From: Escherichia phage SelmaRatti
Strand: one strand, 5' to 3'
Length of the DNA stretch: 64,000 nucleotides
Sequence record: MZ501103
Position numbers and translations under genes: made by a program
Shown: positions 9,663-19,816 of the stretch, piece after piece
Layout of the letters: every line of letters starts with the position of its first letter
How positions within the stretch are numbered: the first letter of the stretch is position 1
Notes under the pieces: generated by a model
The model's input: only the letters and a program-made list of their open reading frames with translations
The model's database searches: none
What the model was told of the DNA's origin: nothing

Positions 9663-10512
9663 TGATTATTTCCTCGATAAACTTTATAGCTACTTTTGGT
9701 TCAATATTGAAGAATTCCGTAGCACCGTCAAAATCTTTGTACTGGCAATTCTGCTCTTTAAAGTAGTTATGGGCTAATTTTTCTATTAGAACTGCACCAC
9801 TATATTCTCCAATTTCAAATACTTTAATTATTTCCAAATCAGTAAGGTGGCTACTAGACCTAATATGTAGAAGTCTACGCTCTGGATTGTTAGATCTACC
9901 TATTTTAACTCCGTGTGATGGGCTATGCATAACATATATCTTAGTACTTTCTAAATCTCTATAACTACAGTAAGGACAACCATTCCCTCTTAATACAGAT
10001 CCTGGAGTAGCTTCCCACCTATGCCCTGCACCACAAAGAAAGGCGGTCTTAGTATTCGCATTACTATACTCACCCACTATTCTGATATTTCTGGCAGCAA
10101 GACGATCATTTATAGTATTAACACTAAGTTTCTGTTTATTAGCAGCACAAGATGGGCAGCCACTACCTCTATTAATTATACTATTAAGTGTAGTAGCCCA
10201 CTCATGACCACAAACACACCTAAATTTAGTATTTATATCAGCACTATTTTTATAGCCGTTCAACAATGTAATACCTCTGTCCTGTAATATAGTATTAATT
10301 TTATCAATATCTAGTTTACGGCTACTAATAGAGCAAGTATGACACTTGGTCTTTCCATTCCTAATGGCGTCAAATTTAGCTGTCCATTGATGACCGTATT
10401 CGCACTGATACGTATGCCTATACCTAGAATTTTGATATGGCTTATCCACCATAGTAAAACCACGCTCGGCTAGGCATTTATCTACTTCTTCTTGAGTTAA
10501 TTTTTTCGGCAT
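9649..10512 (-). CDS. T5orf172-type endonuclease-like protein with repeated zinc-ribbon modules
   Basis: Three repeats of GHxW...G.GCPxC plus C-terminal IYVMHS...KIGRSNNPERRL (GIY-YIG-like); start moved to Met15 (MPKKLTQEE) by paralog alignment and RBS GGAGA. Confidence 0.6.
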   Translation of the reverse strand: MPKKLTQEEVDKCLAERGFTMVDKPYQNSRYRHTYQCEYGHQWTAKFDAIRNGKTKCHTCSISSRKLDIDKINTILQDRGITLLNGYKNSADINTKFRCVCGHEWATTLNSIINRGSGCPSCAANKQKLSVNTINDRLAARNIRIVGEYSNANTKTAFLCGAGHRWEATPGSVLRGNGCPYCSYRDLESTKIYVMHSPSHGVKIGRSNNPERRLLHIRSSSHLTDLEIIKVFEIGEYSGAVLIEKLAHNYFKEQNCQYKDFDGATEFFNIEPKVAIKFIEEIINDRE

Positions 10513-10540
10513 TCCACTTCTCCACAGAATTTTTACACCT

Positions 10541-10569
10541 ATTATACTAAACATTATCCACTATGTCAA
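10541..10569 (-). promoter_or_regulatory. sigma70-type promoter (TTGACA-17-TATAAT) on minus strand
   Basis: Reverse complement reads TTGACATAGTGGATAATGTTTAGTATAAT upstream of the 10512 start. Confidence 0.55.
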
Positions 10570-10706
10570 TTAAAATTTTCTTTCGCCATCTAATACTGTA
10601 ATATTTCGCGTATAAATAAATGATTATCTAGTATCATATTTCTACCTTTATAAGCAAGTAAATTTTTTATTTAAAAGCAATATCATAGGTTTATTTAAAA
10701 TTATAC

Positions 10707-10735
10707 TTGCTTTTTGCTGTAAACCTTGTTATAAT
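10707..10735 (+). promoter_or_regulatory. T5-type early promoter (TTGCTT-17-TATAAT)
   Basis: ACTTGCTTTTTGCTGTAAACCTTGTTATAATAT upstream of phoH. Confidence 0.6.
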
Positions 10736-10811
10736 ATATTTGTAAGTTGATAAACAAGATCTCTTTGTTGATCCTCTGTTAGAAGCGAAGTACACTATAG
10801 GAGTGTTATTT

Positions 10812-11564
10812 ATGGGAAAAGCACGTCAAAAAAGAGAGAACCGCAATGGTTCAAGAAAGCGTGGCAACAAATATGAGAATAACGTAATTCAGGCTGATTT
10901 TTCTAATGATTACGCTAACCCAGTTGCTAAATCCCTAGTAGGTAAAAACCGAGAGCAAAAATCATATATCAATATGATCAAGAACAACACAGTGACTGTG
11001 GGTATTGGTGAGCCAGGTACTGGTAAAACCTTTATCCCGTCTGTTCTTGCAGCTCAGGAACTCGTAGACATTCACTCAGATATTGAGCAAGTGATTCTAG
11101 TCCGTCCTAATGAACCTCTAGGTAAGTCTCTTGGTATGCTTCCTGGTGATCTAGCAGAAAAGCTAGAGCCTTGGTTAGAGCCAATAGCTGATGGTATGAA
11201 ATGGGCCATCGGTGATCATGCCTATAATGGGTATGTCGAACGTCAGAAAATTAAATTTTTGGCTGTAGAACATGCTCGTGGCAGAACTTTCAACAACTCC
11301 TATGTAATTGTCGATGAAGCTCAGAATATTTCCGTTGAGGCAATGATTTGTCTCCTAACTCGTGTAGGACAAGACTGCCGTTTAATTATCTGTGGAGATA
11401 TAGCTCAGAAAGACATTAAAGGTGACTCAGGTCTAGCACTCCTTATGGAAGTCTATGAAAAATACGAAAATGCCCCATTCTCAATGATCGAATTGATTGA
11501 TAACGTTCGTTCTGTTGAGTCTAAAGCATTCTATGATATTTTTAAAGACATGGGGAAGGTGTAA
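10812..11564 (+). CDS. phoH: PhoH-like ATPase
   Basis: Walker A GEPGTGKTF; start placed at ATG 10812 after RBS AGGAG rather than the GTG at 10803. Confidence 0.8.
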   Translation: MGKARQKRENRNGSRKRGNKYENNVIQADFSNDYANPVAKSLVGKNREQKSYINMIKNNTVTVGIGEPGTGKTFIPSVLAAQELVDIHSDIEQVILVRPNEPLGKSLGMLPGDLAEKLEPWLEPIADGMKWAIGDHAYNGYVERQKIKFLAVEHARGRTFNNSYVIVDEAQNISVEAMICLLTRVGQDCRLIICGDIAQKDIKGDSGLALLMEVYEKYENAPFSMIELIDNVRSVESKAFYDIFKDMGKV

Positions 11565-11565
11565 T

Positions 11566-11763
11566 ATGGGAGACGTTGTACATCTACACCGAAAAACTAA
11601 AATACATCGTACTTCACTGAGTGCTGCTAATATGATTACACGTAAGGAAGGGGAAGAAAGTCCTAAGACTACCCTAGCGTGGAAAATTGTAACCTCAAAT
11701 CCAAATCGGCCCTTCAATTATAATGAACTAAGTACCTCAATAGATATTCTGCTGAGAACTTAA
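11566..11763 (+). CDS. hypothetical small protein (65 aa)
   Basis: ORF with RBS GGGGAAGGTG; the longer ORF-track version overlaps phoH. Confidence 0.4.
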   Translation: MGDVVHLHRKTKIHRTSLSAANMITRKEGEESPKTTLAWKIVTSNPNRPFNYNELSTSIDILLRT

Positions 11764-11907
11764 GTGGCCAAAAACTAGACTGACAACACAGAAGGCCTGG
11801 GTATGAAAATGCTCGGGCCTTTTCTATCAGAAAATTTTATTTGCCAAATGACTGAGAATAAAGTAAACTATTTCCTAAATCCTGATAACTATAAAAAGGA
11901 AAGCCAA

Positions 11908-14900
11908 ATGAGCCATCGCATTGAAAAAGTAATTAAACGTGACGGTACTGTAGAAGACTTTGCTCCTGAAAAACTCAATGGTTGGGCAGAGTATGGTTGC
12001 AAAACAGTTGATGTAAGTTGGTCAGCCATTACTATGGCTGCTCAAAAAACCCTACCTAAAGGGGTTGTAGATTCCGACACTCTTATGGACGCATTAATTA
12101 AAGCTGCTGAAAGTCTTATCAAAGATAACCCAGCATACGATGTGCCAGCAAAGGAATTACGTCTTGCGCAAATGCGTAAGCGCCTTTATGACTCTTTCGA
12201 ACCACCTTCTCTACGCTTCTTCCATGACCACATGGTTAGCGTAGGTACATGGGAAGACATGAGTGCATGGATTACCGATGAGCAATTTGAAGCTCTGAAT
12301 CAGGTTATCGACCATGATCGTGACCGTCTTTTTACTAGTGGTGGGCTGAAGCAGTTCTTTGATAAGTATTCACGTCGTAACATAGCCACTGGTGAAATTT
12401 ACGAAACCCCTCAATTCGCCTATATGGGTATGGCAATGGCGATGTTATCTCAACCTAACTGGACAATTCTAGATGCAATCGATCTCTACAATGCAATGTC
12501 GCTCCACAAGATCAACGTTCCTACGCCGCCATTGGTTGGCTTGCGCTCTAGTGACCGTGGATTTGCTAGTTGCTGCCTCGTGGATTCCACTGACACATTG
12601 GATTCAATCGACACAGCAGAGCACATCGTCTTCAAAATGGTCGCAGCCAGAGCGGGAATCGGGTATCATCTTGAAAGCAGATCAATTGCTGATCCGGTGC
12701 GAAATGGGGCATTCCCGCATTCCGGAAAACTGCCATATTATCGACACATTGACCGCTCAGTAAAGGCCAATACTCAGCAAACTCGTGGTGGTTCTGCTAC
12801 AGTGTCTTATCCATACTTCGACCCTGAAATCATTCAATTGATGCAGGTTAAGCAACAACGTGCTACAGATGAGAATAAAATCGATAAGATGGATTATTCT
12901 CTGAGCTTTAACAATCTTTTGTTAAAACGTTATCTTAAAAACGAAGATATTACGCTAATGTCATACTTCTATGCTCCAGAAGTTCATGAAGCGTTTTATA
13001 GTGATGACGAGGCTAAATTTGAAGAAATCTACGTGGCAGCGGAGAAACGTGTGGCATCTCTTACAAAAATCGACCACGAAGGAAAAACAGTTCCAGCAGC
13101 TCCTAAAGTCTCTGCAAAAGAAATCCTAGATACTTGGCTACGTATCCGAATGGAAACAGGACGTATGTACGCTCACCACATCGGGGAATCTAATCGTCAC
13201 GGTAACTTTCTTGATCCAATCCGTATGACTAACCTTTGTGTAGCTCCAGAAACAAAAATTTTAACCAAAAATGGTAACATAGAGATTATTGATTTAGTTG
13301 GTAAAGAAGTAGAGATTTGGAACGGGCAAGAATGGTCAACAGTTATCCCTGCTAAAACTGGGGAAGCTCAGGAGTTGATGAAAATCACATTCTCTGATGG
13401 ATCTACTATTGAATCTACTCTTTATCATAAGTTCTACCACCAGCCCAAATATGTAAGAGAGGATCGTAGTACCTCCTTCAAACAGGGTCTAGAAGAGGTA
13501 CGAGCAGTAGACTTGCAAGTAGGTATGAAAATGCCTAAATTTAGTAATCCTATTGTAGATCATGGAAATATGGTACTAAAATCTCCTTATACTAACGGTT
13601 TCTTCACTGGAGATGGAACTTATGGAAGACATGGAGAACCTAAGCTGTACTTCTATGAAAAAGGAGGCAAACTACCATTAGTGGATAAAATTGACGCAAA
13701 GATTCAGGGAAGTGGATTACTGGACAGCACAGGTAGACTGAGTTATATTGTTAAGTCTGATTTAATGCCGAAGTATTTTGTACCTGGCCCAGAATACACT
13801 ATTGATAGCCGTATCAAATGGTTAGAGGGATATTTAGATGCAGATGGCTGCATACAGAAAAATGGCACAACCCCTAGTATTGTGGTTGCTTCGGCAGAGC
13901 CTGATTTTCTAAGTAAAGTGAAGGATTTGTTACTAGAATTGGGGATTACTAGCAAGATTATTTTAGGACGCCAAGAAGGTGACTACGAGTTACCAGATGG
14001 TACTGGTAGTAGTAGTAAACTATACCACTGCAAGGAGACTAGTAGGCTTATTGTGGGGAGTAGTGGCTTCTGGAAACTTAAAGATTTAGGACTCTCTTTG
14101 GATAAAGAGAAACTCTTAAACCTAACACGCCCCAATAGAGACGCAACCCGTTTTGTAACTGTAACTAACGTTGAGTTTACTGGTCGTATTAGTGATACCT
14201 ATTGCTTTACAGAACCTAAATTAAACTTGGGTGTATTTAATGGCATTTTAGCTGGTAACTGTGTAGAGATTACTCAGCCTACACGCCCGTTCCACCACAT
14301 CACAGAGCTGTATAAGACAAAAGAGCAGCTTGATCAAATGAAGCCGGAGGATATTGGTGAAGTATCTCTGTGTAACTTAGGTGGTGTTGTACTTGGACGC
14401 ATGGAATCTCTGGCTGAGTGGGAAAAAACTTGCTACATCCTTCTGAAATTCGTTGATACAATTATTGAAATTCAGGATTATCCGTTCCCAACTATGGAAT
14501 ATACGGCTAAGAAACGTCGTAATGTTGGTATTGGCCTGATGAACGCAGCAGGTGCAATGGCAGCAGAAGGTCTGGCTTATGAAGGTATTGAAGCCCGTAA
14601 CTGGATTCACCGTGAGGCTGAAAAACTGTCTTACTTCCTGCATAAAGCCTCTGTACGCCTAGCTAAAGAACAGGGCGCATGTGAGTGGTTTGATCGTACT
14701 AAACCATCTAAAGGAATTCTGGTAATCGACACTTACAAGAAAACTGTTGATGAACTGGTATCCGTAGGTCTAGAAATGGATTGGGAATCTCTGCGTGCAG
14801 ATATTCTGAAATACGGTATGCGTAACTCTGTTCTGACTGCGCAGATGCCTGGAGAAAGCTCTTCTGTACTATTGGGTGTTACCAACTCAATTGAGCCACC

Positions 14901-15264
14901 TCGTAAGATTGTATCTATCAAGGGTAGTGCAGTGAATAAAGTAATTGCAATTGCTCCAGGTGCAACCGATTGGGATACTCTCATGAGCTATAAACTGGCC
15001 TATGATATTGATCGCACTGAGTGGATCAAGTGGAACGCCGTTTACCAAAAATTCTTGAGTCAGTCATCAAGTTTCCAGATGTATTATGATTACTCTAAAT
15101 TCGAGAATGAAATCATCCCTGGCCCAGTAGTAGTTCGTGACTTTATGACTGCGGTTAAGTATGGTATAAAAACCTGGTATTATGCTAACTTTAACACTGC
15201 GAATGGTGGAGGAGCTGGTGAAGAGGCGGCAACAGGTTGTGCATCAGGCGGTTGTCAGTTATAA
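11908..15264 (+). CDS. nrdA: ribonucleoside-diphosphate reductase large subunit (class Ia), intein-containing
   Basis: ATP-cone-like N-terminus after ATG 11908 (MSHRIEKVIKRDGT); active-site NLC/VEI split by an insert; exteins sum to about 777 aa. Confidence 0.85.
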   Translation: MSHRIEKVIKRDGTVEDFAPEKLNGWAEYGCKTVDVSWSAITMAAQKTLPKGVVDSDTLMDALIKAAESLIKDNPAYDVPAKELRLAQMRKRLYDSFEPPSLRFFHDHMVSVGTWEDMSAWITDEQFEALNQVIDHDRDRLFTSGGLKQFFDKYSRRNIATGEIYETPQFAYMGMAMAMLSQPNWTILDAIDLYNAMSLHKINVPTPPLVGLRSSDRGFASCCLVDSTDTLDSIDTAEHIVFKMVAARAGIGYHLESRSIADPVRNGAFPHSGKLPYYRHIDRSVKANTQQTRGGSATVSYPYFDPEIIQLMQVKQQRATDENKIDKMDYSLSFNNLLLKRYLKNEDITLMSYFYAPEVHEAFYSDDEAKFEEIYVAAEKRVASLTKIDHEGKTVPAAPKVSAKEILDTWLRIRMETGRMYAHHIGESNRHGNFLDPIRMTNLCVAPETKILTKNGNIEIIDLVGKEVEIWNGQEWSTVIPAKTGEAQELMKITFSDGSTIESTLYHKFYHQPKYVREDRSTSFKQGLEEVRAVDLQVGMKMPKFSNPIVDHGNMVLKSPYTNGFFTGDGTYGRHGEPKLYFYEKGGKLPLVDKIDAKIQGSGLLDSTGRLSYIVKSDLMPKYFVPGPEYTIDSRIKWLEGYLDADGCIQKNGTTPSIVVASAEPDFLSKVKDLLLELGITSKIILGRQEGDYELPDGTGSSSKLYHCKETSRLIVGSSGFWKLKDLGLSLDKEKLLNLTRPNRDATRFVTVTNVEFTGRISDTYCFTEPKLNLGVFNGILAGNCVEITQPTRPFHHITELYKTKEQLDQMKPEDIGEVSLCNLGGVVLGRMESLAEWEKTCYILLKFVDTIIEIQDYPFPTMEYTAKKRRNVGIGLMNAAGAMAAEGLAYEGIEARNWIHREAEKLSYFLHKASVRLAKEQGACEWFDRTKPSKGILVIDTYKKTVDELVSVGLEMDWESLRADILKYGMRNSVLTAQMPGESSSVLLGVTNSIEPPRKIVSIKGSAVNKVIAIAPGATDWDTLMSYKLAYDIDRTEWIKWNAVYQKFLSQSSSFQMYYDYSKFENEIIPGPVVVRDFMTAVKYGIKTWYYANFNTANGGGAGEEAATGCASGGCQL
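13237..14259 (+). mobile_element. intein with LAGLIDADG homing-endonuclease domain inside nrdA
   Basis: 341 aa in frame; starts with Cys after NL, ends in Asn followed by Cys of CVEI; motifs GFFTGDGT and LEGYLDADGC. Confidence 0.75.
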
Positions 15265-15272
15265 TAAAAACA

Positions 15273-15300
15273 AGGAGATCTTCGGGTCTCCTTTTTCTTT
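15273..15300 (+). terminator. rho-independent terminator after nrdA
   Basis: AGGAGA-TCTTCGGG-TCTCCT hairpin then TTTTTCTTT. Confidence 0.7.
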
Positions 15301-15310
15301 GAAATTTTAC

Positions 15311-15339
15311 TTGCTAATCGCTACCAGATTTGCTATAAT
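15311..15339 (+). promoter_or_regulatory. T5-type early promoter (TTGCTA-17-TATAAT)
   Basis: TTACTTGCTAATCGCTACCAGATTTGCTATAATATT upstream of nrdB. Confidence 0.65.
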
Positions 15340-15370
15340 ATTCCTGAAATAGTGAGAAAGAGGAAAATCA

Positions 15371-16516
15371 ATGACTACTTTACTAAACCTGAATTGGGAT
15401 CATACTAATGCTGACCTTTTCCTGGGAGATTCTCTCGGTATCGCAGATTATGTACGTGTAGCACATCCAGAACTAGAACGTCTGGCGTTATTAGCTCGCT
15501 CTCAATTTTGGACTGAAACTGAAATCAGTCTGGAAGCAGATAAGAAACAATGGCCTAATCTCCCACGAGAAATTCAGGAAATTACCCTCCTGAACTTAGC
15601 ATGGCAGACTCAAACAGATTCTTTCATTAGTCGCGCGCCTGAAGCAGCTATTATGCCGCTTGTAAGTCGTCCAGAATTGGAAGGCATGCTCAAACAGTGG
15701 AGCTATTTTGAAGACCTGCATAGTCGTGCTTATAGCAATATTATTCGTAATGTTCTGACTGATCCAGCAGAATTTATTGATTCTGTAACCAAAAACCAAG
15801 AAGCATTCGCACGCATCGCTGATTCTGTTGAACTATTCGATGAACTGTACCAGTTAGGTCAGTATTTCATCGCAGTACGCGATCATCGTGGTGACAATAC
15901 ATATCCAGAAACTGAGTTCCCTGAAGTTAAACGTGAAACTCAGGCTAAGCTATTAGACGCTTACTTTGCGATCTATGGTCTGGAAGCAATGCAGTTTTAC
16001 GCATCCTTTGCATGTACCTTTGCATTAGCAGAGAACGATATTCTGCAAGGTATTGCTAAAAATCTGCAATTAATCGCTAAAGATGAAGCTCTGCACACTC
16101 AGATGTCCAAAGCAATCATCCAGATTATGTTCCAGCAGTTTGACAAAGATCTGGTGGATGAAGCAGTGGCTAAAGCACCAGCACAGCTCCTGAAAACTCT
16201 GAAAACTGAAATTGAATGGGGTCACTTCATTTTCAAAGGTCGTAGTCTTATTGGCTTGAATGCAGAACTTCTAGAAGAATATCTGTACTTTGTGGGGCGT
16301 AATGCATTTATGCACATCGGTGTAGAATGGCCTAGTCATTTACCAGCAATCACTAAGAACCCCATTCCGTGGATCATGAACTGGCTGGATACCACTTCTT
16401 TACAGCCTGCTCCACAAGAAATCCAGATCGGTGCAGCATATCGTGTAGGTCAAGTCACCGAAACCTCTACTGATACTCTGAAAGATCTGGGTAATGAATT
16501 TGGAGATTTCTTATGA
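15371..16516 (+). CDS. nrdB: ribonucleoside-diphosphate reductase small subunit
   Basis: 381 aa directly downstream of nrdA; length and position typical of class Ia beta subunit. Confidence 0.8.
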   Translation: MTTLLNLNWDHTNADLFLGDSLGIADYVRVAHPELERLALLARSQFWTETEISLEADKKQWPNLPREIQEITLLNLAWQTQTDSFISRAPEAAIMPLVSRPELEGMLKQWSYFEDLHSRAYSNIIRNVLTDPAEFIDSVTKNQEAFARIADSVELFDELYQLGQYFIAVRDHRGDNTYPETEFPEVKRETQAKLLDAYFAIYGLEAMQFYASFACTFALAENDILQGIAKNLQLIAKDEALHTQMSKAIIQIMFQQFDKDLVDEAVAKAPAQLLKTLKTEIEWGHFIFKGRSLIGLNAELLEEYLYFVGRNAFMHIGVEWPSHLPAITKNPIPWIMNWLDTTSLQPAPQEIQIGAAYRVGQVTETSTDTLKDLGNEFGDFL

Positions 16517-17046
16517 TTACAGCAATGTATGCAGTTGGGCCGAATGGAGAGTTCGGCCTCCGAGGTAAACTTCCCTGGGGTTCCTTCAAAGAAGAACTAG
16601 ATGCTTTCTATTCTCAACTGGACGTGTTGAATCCAGATAACATCATCATTGGTGCGGGTACTTATTTAGCACTTCCAGAAGTTGTTCGGCAACGTATGAT
16701 TGGAGAATCTGACCTCTTTATTCGTGCGGATCGTCCTCTGCCTGATGATATTAAACATGGTATTTACACTCCAATTTCTAAGATTGGGGATACATTACCT
16801 ACATTCTTAAAAGATCAACAGACAGTGGTTTTAGGTGGCGCAACATTACTGTACGAAATGTATATTCATGGACATATTGAAAGTGCTTTTGTATCAACAA
16901 TCTTTAGTAATCAAAAACTAGAGGCAGATGTACATCTGGATAATATGATTCTAGATTACAACTATGAATCTACTCGTTTAGTTTACGCAACCGGCGCAAA
17001 CAGTGATAACAGCCTGCGATTTGTACAGGAATTGGTTACTTATTAA
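16513..17046 (+). CDS. frd: dihydrofolate reductase
   Basis: 177 aa; start overlaps nrdB stop (ATGA); N-terminus MITAMYAVGPNGEFGLRGKLPW is DHFR-like. Confidence 0.75.
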   Translation: MITAMYAVGPNGEFGLRGKLPWGSFKEELDAFYSQLDVLNPDNIIIGAGTYLALPEVVRQRMIGESDLFIRADRPLPDDIKHGIYTPISKIGDTLPTFLKDQQTVVLGGATLLYEMYIHGHIESAFVSTIFSNQKLEADVHLDNMILDYNYESTRLVYATGANSDNSLRFVQELVTY

Positions 17047-17879
17047 TGAAACAGTATATTGATTTAATTAATAAAGTTTTATCTGAGGGAACTCACGTGT
17101 CTGACCGGACAGGTGTAGGTACTATCTCTTCCCTAAATAATATTGTCTCTTTTGACCTTACTAAAGGGTTTCCAGCAGTAACAACAAAAGCACTAGCGTG
17201 GAAATCCGTGGTAGGGGAGTTGTTGTGGTTCCTCTCAGGATCCACTAACTTGTATGATCTAGAAGAGTATACTCATGGGACTAGAGGAGAGAAGCGTACT
17301 ATCTGGCATCCTAATTATGAAAAACAAGGGGTCGAAAAAGGCTACACTGAAGGTTATCTGGGATATATTTATGGGAAAACCTGGAGAGACTTCTTCGGCA
17401 CAGACCAGATTATGAAACTAATCGAGGATATCAAATCCGATACTTTTCATAATAGAAAAATGGTAGTCTCAGCATGGAATCCTGCAAAACTTGACGACGT
17501 TGTGCTTTCCCCCTGCCACGTAATGTTCTCCGTAAACCAAAGAGATGGACACCTACACTTAACATGGTACCAGGTTAGTTGTGATGTATTTCTGGGATTA
17601 CCATTTAATATAGCTAGCTATGCCTTACTCTGTCATATTTTAGCTGCACTCACAGGAAAGAAACCTGGGTCAGTAACGGGACATCTTGTGGACACTCATA
17701 TTTACTTAAATCACCTAGACCAAGTAAAGGAGCAAGTAACTAGAGAACCCCTGGAGCTACCTAGACTAGTGCTACCAAACTTCTCTTCCTTAGAAGATCT
17801 TCTGGCCCTAACACCCAAAGACTTTATCCTGGAAGAATATAAACATCACCCTAAATTAACTGGTAAAATGGCAGCATGA
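17046..17879 (+). CDS. thyA: thymidylate synthase
   Basis: 277 aa; catalytic-Cys region LSPCHVMFSVNQ and LGLPFNIASYALL. Confidence 0.85.
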   Translation: MKQYIDLINKVLSEGTHVSDRTGVGTISSLNNIVSFDLTKGFPAVTTKALAWKSVVGELLWFLSGSTNLYDLEEYTHGTRGEKRTIWHPNYEKQGVEKGYTEGYLGYIYGKTWRDFFGTDQIMKLIEDIKSDTFHNRKMVVSAWNPAKLDDVVLSPCHVMFSVNQRDGHLHLTWYQVSCDVFLGLPFNIASYALLCHILAALTGKKPGSVTGHLVDTHIYLNHLDQVKEQVTREPLELPRLVLPNFSSLEDLLALTPKDFILEEYKHHPKLTGKMAA

Positions 17880-18649
17880 TTTACATCTATAGTATAACTC
17901 AGTTATCTACTGGAAGACAGTACGTTGGATCGACTAAGGATATTGAGGCTAGAAAGCGTAAACATTTTTACTCACTAAGTAAGGGGAACCACCATAACGC
18001 TTTTCTACAGAGAGCTTATGATAAAACCGGAAAGCAAGACTTTGTATTTGACATCTTAGATACTACTGAAGAAGTAGATCAGCAGTTCCTACTAGAAGAA
18101 GAGTGGGCTAAGGAGCTGGGAGCAGAGTTCAACATAGGTAGTTACGGTGGTGGGGATAATCTCACAAATAATCCTCGAAGAGAGGAGATTATTAAGAGAA
18201 TTGGTGAGAGTGTTAGAAAGCATATAGCGTCCTTATCTGAAGAAGAAAGAAAAGCCCGGTGGAGTAGACCAGGTGAGCTAAACTATAACTGGAAGGGAGG
18301 AGTATCTACTCGCTCAAAAACATGTATTGATTGTGGTTCCCTACTAGCCCTTAATAACACTAATGGGGAGTACTGTAATAGTTGCAGGGATCGAACAGGT
18401 GAGAATAACCCCTTTTATGGGAAGAAGCATACTGAAGAGGCTCTGAGCAAGATGTCTCAGGCTTCTAAGCAGTACCAAGAAAGTATTAGAGAGGGAAAGA
18501 CACCCCTTCCTACCCACTTTAAGGCAGTACGTGTGGATGGTGTGGAATACGTTAGTATGAGTGCAGCAGCTATAGCATTGGGGTGTTCCACAGCGACTAT
18601 AGGTAATAGAGTTCGTTCACCTAAGTTCCCGACGTATGAGTTTGTATAA
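17876..18649 (+). CDS. GIY-YIG homing endonuclease
   Basis: N-terminal IYIYSITQLSTGRQYVGSTKDIEARKRKHF; overlaps thyA stop. Confidence 0.75.
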   Translation: MIYIYSITQLSTGRQYVGSTKDIEARKRKHFYSLSKGNHHNAFLQRAYDKTGKQDFVFDILDTTEEVDQQFLLEEEWAKELGAEFNIGSYGGGDNLTNNPRREEIIKRIGESVRKHIASLSEEERKARWSRPGELNYNWKGGVSTRSKTCIDCGSLLALNNTNGEYCNSCRDRTGENNPFYGKKHTEEALSKMSQASKQYQESIREGKTPLPTHFKAVRVDGVEYVSMSAAAIALGCSTATIGNRVRSPKFPTYEFV

Positions 18650-18658
18650 TTTAAATAG

Positions 18659-18682
18659 CCCTTCGGGGCTATTATATTTAAA
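18659..18682 (+). terminator. rho-independent terminator
   Basis: TAGCCC-TTCG-GGGCTA hairpin followed by T-rich tract. Confidence 0.65.
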
Positions 18683-18751
18683 TTTCATTTGCTTATTTAG
18701 TGAAATTTAAATATAATATACTCAATTAATAAACAAAGGATAAATACGAAT

Positions 18752-19261
18752 ATGATTAATCCAAAAGTAGCTAATGCCTATATTAAGTACAAAGAAGGGA
18801 CAGCTTCAAAAGAGCAGCTAAAGTTGCTGCTAGATGTAATAGCCCAAACGTTCCATTATATGGAACTACATGCACTAAATAGTGATGAGGACTGCCAGCT
18901 AGTCATTCGTTATGATGGAGTAGGTCAGGAAGAGGAATGGCCGGACTATCTAGCAGAGGAGATAGATAGTATAGAGTGTGATGAATCTTTAACTGCTGAG
19001 GAAACAGCACAGAAGGTTCAAAGAGTACTAGATGAATATTATAAAACCAAACCTAAGAGGGGTGCAACCTGTTCCATAGAAACTCTCACACCTTGTGAAG
19101 ATGATATTCAAGAGGTAACTGAGTGGTTCTCAGAGTTTAAAGAATATACCCACTACTTTAGTGAGCCAGCTTTTCTCTCACTATTAGCACTACCTAGAAT
19201 GTATAAACCAGCAGATAGTGAACCATCACATTGGCCTGAAGATACCTACGAAGGGGAATAA
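18752..19261 (+). CDS. hypothetical acidic protein (169 aa)
   Basis: ORF downstream of promoter-like TTTGCTT...TATAAT. Confidence 0.55.
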   Translation: MINPKVANAYIKYKEGTASKEQLKLLLDVIAQTFHYMELHALNSDEDCQLVIRYDGVGQEEEWPDYLAEEIDSIECDESLTAEETAQKVQRVLDEYYKTKPKRGATCSIETLTPCEDDIQEVTEWFSEFKEYTHYFSEPAFLSLLALPRMYKPADSEPSHWPEDTYEGE

Positions 19262-19263
19262 TA

Positions 19264-19740
19264 ATGTCGGTTTTCCACGTTTACACAGATGGGGCTTGTA
19301 AGGGTAATCCGGGTTTAGGTGCTTGGGGTTTCGTAGTTTATGATCCTAATGACGAACGTTTAGGTTCTAAGTCGGGTTTCAGCCCAAAAACTACAAATAA
19401 TGAAATGGAACTCACAGCTATTGTTGAAGTTCTGCGCTGGGCCACTAAGAATGATAAACGCCCAGTTATAATTTACACTGACTCTGCATACTGTAAAAAT
19501 GGTATGGAGAGTTGGGTATTTGCCTGGCAAAAGAAAGGATGGAAAAAAGCAGATGGTGAGGCCCCTCTTAATCTAGAACTATGGAAAGAGGCATTTTCTT
19601 TACTACAGAAATATATAAACTTCCATGACACTACGCCTACTTTTATAAAAGTCAAAGGTCACTCAGGGGACCCTAGAAATGATGAAGTAGATGCTCTATG
19701 TAACACAGTTATTACTGAGCAAGAACTTGCTGAGATGTAA
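19264..19740 (+). CDS. rnh: ribonuclease H
   Basis: VFHVYTDGACKGNPGLGAWGFVV and TNNEMEL RNase H1 motifs. Confidence 0.85.
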   Translation: MSVFHVYTDGACKGNPGLGAWGFVVYDPNDERLGSKSGFSPKTTNNEMELTAIVEVLRWATKNDKRPVIIYTDSAYCKNGMESWVFAWQKKGWKKADGEAPLNLELWKEAFSLLQKYINFHDTTPTFIKVKGHSGDPRNDEVDALCNTVITEQELAEM

Positions 19741-19760
19741 TAAATAAATTAAAAATCTTC

Positions 19761-19789
19761 TTGCTTAAAGCCCTCTAATTTAGTATAAT
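19761..19789 (+). promoter_or_regulatory. T5-type early promoter
   Basis: TTGCTT-17-TATAAT. Confidence 0.6.
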
Positions 19790-19816
19790 ATTCGTATTGA
19801 AAGTGAGGAGGGCTTT

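Noticed and set aside
12473-12763. 96-aa ORF in an alternative frame inside nrdA
   Set aside because: Lies wholly inside the well-supported nrdA frame; no initiation signals.
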